Below, piece by piece: positions 33,871-41,145 of a stretch of DNA of 41,145 nucleotides. The first letter of the stretch is position 1. Each line of letters opens with the position of its first letter. Under the pieces are notes generated by a model, which had not been told where the DNA came from, did not search any database, and saw only the letters and a list, made by a program, of their open reading frames with translations. Where the stretch lies: the IMG/VR virus record IMGVR_UViG_3300048080_000227, positions 1-41,145 of that record; one strand, given 5' to 3'. The stretch comes from a virus. Taxonomy: Duplodnaviria; Caudoviricetes. Made by a program: the position numbers and the translations under genes.

Positions 33871-35364
33871 ATGAAAGAATCTCAACTCCTGACGGCGCTG
33901 CGAATCGCAAAGCGCCGCAAAATCATCCACGCCGCCTTCGGGCCGCGTGGCAATGCTGGGCCGCTCGGCGCGACGGTCGCTTTCGAGAGCGACGGCGACG
34001 ACGGCACAACCGCTGTCCTCGGCGATGACGAATTCAAAACCGAAGTGCTCGACGGGCTGAAAGCGCAGGACACTCGCATCAAGAGCATGGAAGCCAAGCA
34101 GGCCGAAGTGCTCAAGGCCATGCCGAAGGAATTGAAGACGCTTCTGGAAGACCTCACGAAGCTGCAGAGGCACGCCAACGACACGCAGGCCAACTTCAAT
34201 GCGGCCACGAAGAAGATCGAGAAGATTCAGGCAACGCTCCAGAACGAGGCGCGGCGCGGGTGGGAAAGCCCAATCGAGCGCATCGAGCGCGATGAGGAGC
34301 TTCGCACCCGCCTGAACATCGCGGTGCGCTTGACTCTCTCGCACACTGGCGAAATGCTCAGTCCCAAAATGGTTGAACGAGCCAAGGAGTTGACTGGCCT
34401 TGACCTCATTGAACTCAAGGCCCGCGATGAACAGCGCCACAATCGCAGCATTCTTGGCAAAACCCTCCTCGGCGAAGATACATCGCCAGGTTCAACGCTC
34501 ATCGACGACAGGCTCTCGCGTGAGATTTACGACACACTGTCGATGTTCGGAATCTGGAACACGTTCCAGGTCGTCCCAGTCGGCACGATGACGACGAAGT
34601 TCCCCGTCACCACGACGCGGCCGACAGCCAACTTCATCATGACGGAAGGCGCAGCTATCACCGAGGGGGCGTTCATCGGCACTTCGGTGTCGTGCATCGT
34701 GGAAGCCATCGCGGCGATTATTCCCGTCTCGCTCCAACTGCTCGAAGATTCAGAGTATGACGTGACGAGCTACGTGATGCAGCATTTCGGCGAGGCATAC
34801 GCCAACCGGCTTGATCACGCTTGTCTGGAAGCGACTGGCGCGGCGGATGCGACTAACGGCGCTATGACGGGTGTATTCGTTGGCGGCACTGCCGCTGCTG
34901 CCGCAGGTGGCAACTTCAACATCGAACTTCTCGATATAGAGGATTACATGCGCTGCCTTACGACGGTCGATCCGATTGTCCTGAAGCGTCCGGCGAAATG
35001 GTGGACTCACCCACAGCATATCGTTCGCGCCCTGGCGACAAAAGACGGCAATGGAAGGCCGATATTTCTGAACGCCTTGGAAGCGCCATCGCCTGGAGCT
35101 ATCGGTTCAATTCTTGGCTACCCTGTCATTCCATGTTTCGCCGTCACTGCGGCTACCAGTCCGCCTCTGGGTCAAGCGACCAAAAAGGTTTTCGTCTTCG
35201 GCGATCCGCGCGGCATGGTCGTCGGGATGCGCCGAACATACACCTTCGAGGCTAGCGATCATTTCGAATGGTCTTCACTTCGGCGTTCCTTCCGTGGCTG
35301 GGGCCGGGCCGGCACGAAGATTCGTCGTGCGGAGGCGTTCGCCATGCTCACACTCACCGCTTAA
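33871..35364 (+). CDS. HK97-fold major capsid protein with N-terminal coiled-coil scaffold domain
   Basis: EGAAI, VSxQLLEDS, KDGNGRPIF, ILGYPV, FGD motifs. Confidence 0.95.
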   Translation: MKESQLLTALRIAKRRKIIHAAFGPRGNAGPLGATVAFESDGDDGTTAVLGDDEFKTEVLDGLKAQDTRIKSMEAKQAEVLKAMPKELKTLLEDLTKLQRHANDTQANFNAATKKIEKIQATLQNEARRGWESPIERIERDEELRTRLNIAVRLTLSHTGEMLSPKMVERAKELTGLDLIELKARDEQRHNRSILGKTLLGEDTSPGSTLIDDRLSREIYDTLSMFGIWNTFQVVPVGTMTTKFPVTTTRPTANFIMTEGAAITEGAFIGTSVSCIVEAIAAIIPVSLQLLEDSEYDVTSYVMQHFGEAYANRLDHACLEATGAADATNGAMTGVFVGGTAAAAAGGNFNIELLDIEDYMRCLTTVDPIVLKRPAKWWTHPQHIVRALATKDGNGRPIFLNALEAPSPGAIGSILGYPVIPCFAVTAATSPPLGQATKKVFVFGDPRGMVVGMRRTYTFEASDHFEWSSLRRSFRGWGRAGTKIRRAEAFAMLTLTA

Positions 35365-35382
35365 CACTCAATCATTCAAACC

Positions 35383-35859
35383 ATGAACTTGATCAAACAC
35401 TTCTGCGGCCTGGCCGCACTCATCGCCCTTGGCTTCGCGGCAACGCCGGCCAAGGCGCAGCAATACCGAGTCCTGCACACGTTCTGGAACGTTGGGGATT
35501 TCACCAACGCCACGGCAACCGCAACGAACCTGGCTTCCACCGTCACTTTGACGAAAACAGACAAGTGGACGCTGTGGGTCGTTGTCGGCGTCACCAACCC
35601 GGCGGCTGGGAGTTTGGCTCTGCAATGGGATTGCTCGGCCGATGGCACGACCTTCTTGACGACGAACAATCCGGCTGTTTCTGGAAGCTCTGGCTTCTTC
35701 TCGATTCCGCTGACTAACAGCGGGACCAAGATCGTGTGGGCTACCAACATGACTGCCGATTCGCTCGGTTATTGGCGGCTTAATTGGCTGACCAATTCCG
35801 CCGGCCAATCAGTGACGAGCATTGTAGTACAGGCGTATGCCAAGCCCGTCGCGCAATAA
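35383..35859 (+). CDS. TN-rich beta protein with signal peptide (head decoration position)
   Basis: MNLIKHFCGLAALIALGFAATPAKA-Q; SADGTTF and YWRL motifs; directly after the capsid gene. Confidence 0.65.
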   Translation: MNLIKHFCGLAALIALGFAATPAKAQQYRVLHTFWNVGDFTNATATATNLASTVTLTKTDKWTLWVVVGVTNPAAGSLALQWDCSADGTTFLTTNNPAVSGSSGFFSIPLTNSGTKIVWATNMTADSLGYWRLNWLTNSAGQSVTSIVVQAYAKPVAQ

Positions 35860-35869
35860 CTGCAATCCC

Positions 35870-35899
35870 GCCGGCGGCGGTAACATACACGCCGCCGGC
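35870..35899 (+). terminator. GC-rich 10-bp hairpin after capsid/decoration genes (no U tract; attenuator or mRNA stabiliser)
   Basis: GCCGGCGGCG...CGCCGCCGGC. Confidence 0.5.
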
Positions 35900-35915
35900 C
35901 ATTCCAAAATCGAAT

Positions 35916-36149
35916 ATGGGCAAAATCAAATTCGAGGAAGAGAAGAAGCCGCAGGCGTTAGCGGAAGCTCCCACGCCGAATGAGCCTAATCCGCCGCTGA
36001 ACCGGGCCGTGACGAGCGGCATGGTGCGTATTCGCAACGTCTCGCAGCGCGATATTGTCGAAGGCGAGTTGACTATCAAGCCTGGCGAAGAAGCTGAACT
36101 GCCGGAGGATCGCGTTGTGGGCTATGCGCACAAGGTGCGCCGAATCTAA
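35916..36149 (+). CDS. Small head-associated protein
   Basis: IKPGEEAELP motif; position before connector. Confidence 0.55.
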   Translation: MGKIKFEEEKKPQALAEAPTPNEPNPPLNRAVTSGMVRIRNVSQRDIVEGELTIKPGEEAELPEDRVVGYAHKVRRI

Positions 36150-36152
36150 CCC

Positions 36153-36797
36153 ATGTCGAACCTTGGCCTCGGCAATCTCATCGAACTCAAGCGGAACCTG
36201 CTCTCTCCCGATCTGGTTCCGCAGACGAAGTACGATGCCCGAATTACGGCCATTGGCCAGGGGGTAGCGAAGTGGTTTGACAAGCATTGCAACCGCAAGT
36301 TCGAGAACGCGGCGGCCACGACGGACACGTTTCATTCTCAACGGCGCGTCTGGATTCTCGAACGCTATCCGGTTGTAACAATCACGGCCGTTGACGAACG
36401 AACGAGCCTTGCCGATGGCTGGGTCAGCCTCGGGACGGTCAACAATGCGTTGCAGAATTGGGATGCTAACAGCGGAACGGTCTATTTGTCATCACTTGGC
36501 GGCAGCCACCTTTCCGAAACGCGCATCACCTACAGCGGCGGTTACTACTTCGACGTGACCGAGACGGACCCGCCGGGCACAACACCGCCCGCGGGCCAAA
36601 CGCTGCTTCCAACGGACGTGAAGGGCGCATGGTTCCTGCAATGCAAGAAGCTGTGGGAAACATACGATGTCCTTGGCGGCGGAATCGTGAGCGGCGGCAG
36701 CGGGGCACAACTGTTGGGCCTTTCTCTCGCCGGGTTGGACATCCTCCCCGCCGTGGAAGCCATGCTTCAAGGCCACATTCGGATGAACGTCTCCTGA
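36153..36797 (+). CDS. Head-tail connector (adaptor) protein
   Basis: HCNRKF, LERYPVVTITAV, ITYSGGY, LPTDVK motifs. Confidence 0.75.
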   Translation: MSNLGLGNLIELKRNLLSPDLVPQTKYDARITAIGQGVAKWFDKHCNRKFENAAATTDTFHSQRRVWILERYPVVTITAVDERTSLADGWVSLGTVNNALQNWDANSGTVYLSSLGGSHLSETRITYSGGYYFDVTETDPPGTTPPAGQTLLPTDVKGAWFLQCKKLWETYDVLGGGIVSGGSGAQLLGLSLAGLDILPAVEAMLQGHIRMNVS

Positions 36798-36798
36798 T

Positions 36799-37431
36799 AT
36801 GCCAGCCGACTTCCGAATCGAGATGACGCCCGACGCGCAGGCTGTCATCGCGCAGCTTGAATCCTTCCCGCGCCGGATGCAGACGGCGCTGCGGAAGGCG
36901 CTGGACTTGCAAAACAAGCTGACTGTCTCGACAACGGATGAGAAAAGGCTAAGTGAGCCTTACGTGAAAAAGAAAACGATGGATCGGAATACCTCGCCGA
37001 ACCTTCGGCGCATCACGGGCACCCTTGCTAGGTCTTTGCGGCTCGACGATGAAAATACCGCTTCCGAAGCCGCCCGCATCGAAGGCGATTCCGTCGTCTC
37101 GGCTATCGGGACGAACCTGCGATACGGGGCGGTGCATGAGTTCGGTTATCAGGGAACTGTGAGCGTGCCGGGCCATCAGCGGACGCTCGCCCGGCGCCGC
37201 GCGTTCCTCGGCGAGTTCGTACCATTGAAGCGCGGGCTTTCAGGAATCACCGGGGCTACCCGGCGCAAGACGGTGAGCCGCGTTGTGCATCACGATGTTT
37301 TCGTGCGCCCGCACGACCGCGATATCAATCTGCCGGCCAGAATGTATCTGAGCCAGACCATCGAATCGCGCATCCCCCAGTACTCCGCGGCCCTGAGCGC
37401 GGCCATCGTGAAATCGTGGGAGGACAAATGA
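36799..37431 (+). CDS. Tail completion / virion morphogenesis protein (Mu gpG-like)
   Basis: RRITGTLARS...IGTNLRYGAVHEFG...LPARxYL. Confidence 0.82.
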   Translation: MPADFRIEMTPDAQAVIAQLESFPRRMQTALRKALDLQNKLTVSTTDEKRLSEPYVKKKTMDRNTSPNLRRITGTLARSLRLDDENTASEAARIEGDSVVSAIGTNLRYGAVHEFGYQGTVSVPGHQRTLARRRAFLGEFVPLKRGLSGITGATRRKTVSRVVHHDVFVRPHDRDINLPARMYLSQTIESRIPQYSAALSAAIVKSWEDK

Positions 37432-38189
37432 GCGAGATCACCGACAGCTTTCTCTACAACCTCCCGGCGCTGGTGAAGGATTACATTCAAACGGAACCGT
37501 ACTTCCGGGACTTCGCTATCATCGCCGAAGACGACAAGGAGATCACCGCCGACGTGGACGCGGCTTTGAACGGCCAGAAGGCCGGGCCGACTGGGAAAGT
37601 GGGGCTTGCGATTCTCATCAACACTGCGCGCGGAGGCACTCCGATTCCGAACACGCCGGACACGTTCAGCGAAGGGGCGAGAGTCCTATTCGAGATCGTT
37701 GAAGTGCCGAAGATTAACCGCGCAACGTCAGACCTTGGAACAGGACAGCCAGGCAAGGTCGTCGCCGAAGTGCTGGCCGCGCTGATGAAGGAATTCGCAA
37801 GCGACGAAACCGATTGGACGAACCTGCACTTTTACGAAGGCGCAGTCTATCTTCCAGAAGTGCTTATCAGACCAGGCCAGCCGGAGGTTGTAATCCATGA
37901 AGTGCTTATGCTTTGCAATGGCGGTATTGAAATGGAGACCACCGTGATCGCTGCCACGGTCATCAGCAACGTGGGCTTACTAGTCACCATCACCAGTAGT
38001 GGCGACCCGACGTTGTACACAATTAACGGTACGCGCCCGCAATACTTTGGAGACGGTAACACCAATAACATCGGTACGGTTTACAGCGTTCCATTTTCCG
38101 TTGCGAACAATACGACAGTCAAAGCCCGCGCCTTCGACTCATTTTTACAGTTGCGCGGATCAAAGCTAGCAACTAAGCTGATAGTCTAA
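37428..38189 (+). CDS. Tail terminator-like protein with C-terminal chitobiase/beta-hexosaminidase-C (FN3-like) domain
   Basis: Synteny; YTxNGTxP...YSxPF.V....TVKARAF. Confidence 0.6.
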   Translation: MSEITDSFLYNLPALVKDYIQTEPYFRDFAIIAEDDKEITADVDAALNGQKAGPTGKVGLAILINTARGGTPIPNTPDTFSEGARVLFEIVEVPKINRATSDLGTGQPGKVVAEVLAALMKEFASDETDWTNLHFYEGAVYLPEVLIRPGQPEVVIHEVLMLCNGGIEMETTVIAATVISNVGLLVTITSSGDPTLYTINGTRPQYFGDGNTNNIGTVYSVPFSVANNTTVKARAFDSFLQLRGSKLATKLIV

Positions 38190-38201
38190 CCATAACTACA
38201 C

Positions 38202-39140
38202 ATGCCTGTCTCACGAGCAAACCTAATCGGCGGCCCAGCCAAAGTCACTTGGAACGGGATCACAATGTTCACCCGCGACGACATCAAACCGTCGTTTGAT
38301 GCAACGTGGCAAGACCTGCTCACATCGGCGCACGGCGTCATCGACAAGGTAGTCACCGACCGGATGATAAAGGTCAGTCTGCGCCTGTGGGGAGCGTGGG
38401 AAAACGTTGCCGTCCTATTCCCAACGGCTCTGCTCAATCCGACCATCGGCACTCGAATCTTTGGCACGACCGACCTGCCGCTCATCATTCACAAGAAAAC
38501 TGGCGGGGAAGAACGCATCACCATTCACAATGCGCAGATCACAAAACTGGCCGACCTCTATATCGGCGTTGATAATAACATCTTCGCCGCCGACGTGGAA
38601 TTTACCGGCTTGATCAAAAATAACACCGACCCCGAGACTGCGCTCAGCTATTACACCATCGACACGGCGGTCTATGCTGATACTACATTCGTAAAAACTA
38701 ACTACGCCCAGCGACGCGCAGCGGCTGTGTGGGGCGCGGCCCCGTTCGACGCCTTTCAGGCGCACAAAGGCTGGAACATCGGTTGGACGCTCGGCCTCAC
38801 GCCGGAGTATAACGCCAACGTGGGAACCGTGGACATGATTCTCACGGGCTTCATGGGAGCAGCCCGTTGCATCCCGCTCGGCCCTACCGTCGCGCAAATC
38901 GAAGCCAGGATGTTGTTTCAAGGGGCCGGCAATCCGCTCGGCTCGCTCCTTAGCGATGGCGATGACGATCTCGTCATCACGCCTACCACTCCGGCAGGAA
39001 TCATCACTTTGAAGGGTGCCTGCATCACGCAATGGTCGCCAGTCTTTGGGTCCGTCCCGTTGCTCAATGGCGAAGTCGTGTGGGAAACAACTCGCGGATT
39101 CACAGCCGGCGTCGCCGCCGCCATCGCCACGGCTGCTTAA
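38202..39140 (+). CDS. Major tail (tube) protein
   Basis: GPAKVTW start, beta-rich, position after terminator gene. Confidence 0.65.
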   Translation: MPVSRANLIGGPAKVTWNGITMFTRDDIKPSFDATWQDLLTSAHGVIDKVVTDRMIKVSLRLWGAWENVAVLFPTALLNPTIGTRIFGTTDLPLIIHKKTGGEERITIHNAQITKLADLYIGVDNNIFAADVEFTGLIKNNTDPETALSYYTIDTAVYADTTFVKTNYAQRRAAAVWGAAPFDAFQAHKGWNIGWTLGLTPEYNANVGTVDMILTGFMGAARCIPLGPTVAQIEARMLFQGAGNPLGSLLSDGDDDLVITPTTPAGIITLKGACITQWSPVFGSVPLLNGEVVWETTRGFTAGVAAAIATAA

Positions 39141-39161
39141 TCCATTTACATTGTCGCTTGA

Positions 39162-39566
39162 TTGATCACATTCAGTTACACGCCCGTCAACGGGAAGGCC
39201 GATACTCTCGCGCTTCTCGACAGCGACCGCTTTTGGCCCGCGGAGTTCTCGCACGGGGCGCAAGGTGCGGTCCAATCCGCGCATCCAATCCGAAGCCAGA
39301 ATCAAACCCACTTCGGGCGGGGCAATATCGTTGTTCCAATCACCTTCTCTTGCCGCCGCCAGTTCACGACTCTCGGCTTCGCTTACGAGCACGCCTTCAT
39401 CAAGATTCCGGCGCTCTGCGGCGCGAAGGGAACGCTGACCATCGATATTCCGACCGGGGGCCGAGTGCGGAGCGTGGGTTGCGTCTGCCAAAGCGCCCCG
39501 AGCCGGTTAGAAGGTGTTGGCGTCTGGACAACGTTCACGTTCATCGGACAACGGCCCGTGCCGTAA
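39162..39566 (+). CDS. Distal-tail-like beta protein
   Basis: GRGN...ITF...KGTL...FTF pattern; TTG start uncertain. Confidence 0.5.
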   Translation: MITFSYTPVNGKADTLALLDSDRFWPAEFSHGAQGAVQSAHPIRSQNQTHFGRGNIVVPITFSCRRQFTTLGFAYEHAFIKIPALCGAKGTLTIDIPTGGRVRSVGCVCQSAPSRLEGVGVWTTFTFIGQRPVP

Positions 39567-39572
39567 CCCATC

Positions 39573-40187
39573 ATGCCCAATGCCACTAACATTGTTCGTC
39601 TTGCTTGTGATTTGTCGATGCCACTCAAGGCGCCGGTCAACGTCATCGACGGCTTACAAATCCGCATCCACCGCGGCAAAACCTACCGATTCGAGATCGG
39701 CGTGTTCGACAAGGAAGTTTGGCAGGAATCGATCTCGCAGTTTTCCAGCGTAACGCTCCAGGTCCGGGCAACACGCACTAGCGCGGCCATCATCGACGTT
39801 ACGCAGGTGGTCGTCGCCACGACGATCCCGGAGTCCGCTTGGGATGGCAGAACCGATCAGCACGTCGTCGTCACGCTCACGGGGGCGCAGACCAATGCGC
39901 TCACCGTGCCGTCGCCATTCGAGGCGGACTTTTGGCTCGCCTTGACGGCGACGGCCGGGGCCGAAGTCATCACGCTCACGGCGGGGACGATCAAAGGAAT
40001 CGAGGACGGCGGGCAGTTCAGCGGTTCGACTCCTGTGAGCGGCGATCCGACTTACCTGACAGCCGCGCAGACCATCGCGGCGATTGAGTCGATGGCTTCA
40101 AGGAGCGAGATTCGCACTGAGAAATGGATTATCATCCCGTCCGTTGCTGACGACGGAATTGTGACCTTCAACGCCAGGCTGGCGTAA
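39573..40187 (+). CDS. Baseplate upper / fibre-anchor-like protein
   Basis: RGxTYRFEIG...LTGAQTNAL...G.I beta-sandwich pattern. Confidence 0.5.
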   Translation: MPNATNIVRLACDLSMPLKAPVNVIDGLQIRIHRGKTYRFEIGVFDKEVWQESISQFSSVTLQVRATRTSAAIIDVTQVVVATTIPESAWDGRTDQHVVVTLTGAQTNALTVPSPFEADFWLALTATAGAEVITLTAGTIKGIEDGGQFSGSTPVSGDPTYLTAAQTIAAIESMASRSEIRTEKWIIIPSVADDGIVTFNARLA

Positions 40188-40192
40188 TCGCC

Positions 40193-41145
40193 ATGCCTGA
40201 GCCATTGAAGTACCGGATCGAGGCGACAACCGACGCTGCGCCAGTCGAGCGATTGACCACGGCGATGCAGCGTCAAATCGCCAGCGTCACTGGCCTATCC
40301 GCCGCATATAAATCGGCTGGGGAATCAGCGGTAGTATTCGCGACACACCAGGCCACACAAGCTTCGATCCGGGCGCGAGTTTTAGGAAACATTGAGGCAA
40401 GCCGCGCCGGAACAGCAGCAAGCGGAATCGACGATCGTACTGGCGCAGTGGAAGCTCGAATCCAGCGCCGCCTTGCCGCGCAACGCGAAGAAACCGCGGC
40501 CACGCAGGCGTCGATTCCAATTAGCGAGGCGGCGGCGGCGGCGACTGACAAATTGGGCCTGAGCAAGGCACACCTCGGCCTTGCCATAAAACGGTTAAGC
40601 CATGAAATCCCCGGCCTCAGTCTGCTCGTTCATGGACTGAAGAATCCGTACATCGCGCTCGCTGCTGGCGTAGCCGCCGCGCTTGCGGCTCTTAGGAGTT
40701 ACTTTGCCTCCCTGAACGAAATGGAGAAAGCCGCCGAGGTGCATGTAAATCTTTCCAAGGCGGTCTTTACTCTGGGAGGGGCCGCGCGCGATGCAAAAAC
40801 TGAATTCGATGAATTCAACACGGCGTTAGACGAGAGCATTACTAAAGGTTCAACTGCGGCCACTGAGTTTGGAAAGGTTCTCGATGCGCTCAAGAAGCTG
40901 GACGTTCAGGCGGCCGAGAAACGCGGTGCTAACGAAGCTTTAGGGCTTGCCAAAATCAACGCCGCCGAAAAAGCCGGGACGATAACTCCAGAGGAGGCCA
41001 TTATACAACGTGCGGAGCTAAAAGACAGGTCTGCGCAACAAAGACAAGCGGCAGCGGATGCACTGGATCTCAAGGAGCAAGAAGCTAGAAGGGAGGCATT
41101 GGCCAGAACGATGCTTCGCAGAGTAGGTCTTGAACTCGATTTGCC
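40193..41145 (+). CDS. Tape measure protein, N-terminal part (runs off the end, continues at the window start)
   Basis: Manual translation MPEPLKYRIEATTDAA...LKNPYIALAAGVAAALAAL...; no stop to the end; absent from the ORF track. Confidence 0.8.
   Translation, partial: MPEPLKYRIEATTDAAPVERLTTAMQRQIASVTGLSAAYKSAGESAVVFATHQATQASIRARVLGNIEASRAGTAASGIDDRTGAVEARIQRRLAAQREETAATQASIPISEAAAAATDKLGLSKAHLGLAIKRLSHEIPGLSLLVHGLKNPYIALAAGVAAALAALRSYFASLNEMEKAAEVHVNLSKAVFTLGGAARDAKTEFDEFNTALDESITKGSTAATEFGKVLDALKKLDVQAAEKRGANEALGLAKINAAEKAGTITPEEAIIQRAELKDRSAQQRQAAADALDLKEQEARREALARTMLRRVGLELDL
40938..41145. repeat. Terminal direct repeat, copy 2
   Basis: Matches 1-208 with one mismatch. Confidence 0.97.

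Noticed and set aside
1-41145. Integrase/att site, cI repressor, DNA polymerase, stop-codon recoding
   Set aside because: No recombinase, cI-type or polymerase motifs recognised; core genes are intact in the standard code

Overview
The window is an apparently complete ~40.9 kb tailed (siphovirus-like) dsDNA phage genome. Positions 1-208 repeat at 40938-41145 with one mismatch, so the contig is circular and opens inside the tape-measure gene. Plus-strand late module: terS, terL, portal fused to a gpF/gp7 domain, prohead protease, HK97-like capsid, neck and tail genes, tape measure, tail tip, TN-rich fibre, holin-like genes and an outer-membrane beta-barrel. A long minus-strand early arm (9.2-22.1 kb) carries many small genes, a Sak4-like AAA ATPase with an SSB, Gp37/Gp68 (DUF5131) and a RusA-like locus. 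It is interrupted by a divergent promoter/operator switch at 15.6-15.9 kb. A plus-strand replication/modification block (22.2-28.7 kb) holds ASCH, HNH, a DUF1376 replisome organizer, a second HNH, ParB and a TET-associated glycosyltransferase. I recognise no integrase, DNA polymerase, tRNA or endolysin. TN-rich secreted proteins and mostly SD-less starts suggest a Verrucomicrobiota-like host (inference). Most unusual signals: an exactly 21-bp-phased CAAGCA array between terL and portal; virion-module proteins with Sec signal peptides; two clusters of structured non-coding RNA modules with anti-Shine-Dalgarno motifs; a RusA whose motifs are split over two overlapping frames; and a hairpin/pseudoknot leader before the replication genes. 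Family assignments come from motif recognition by eye, not database searches.
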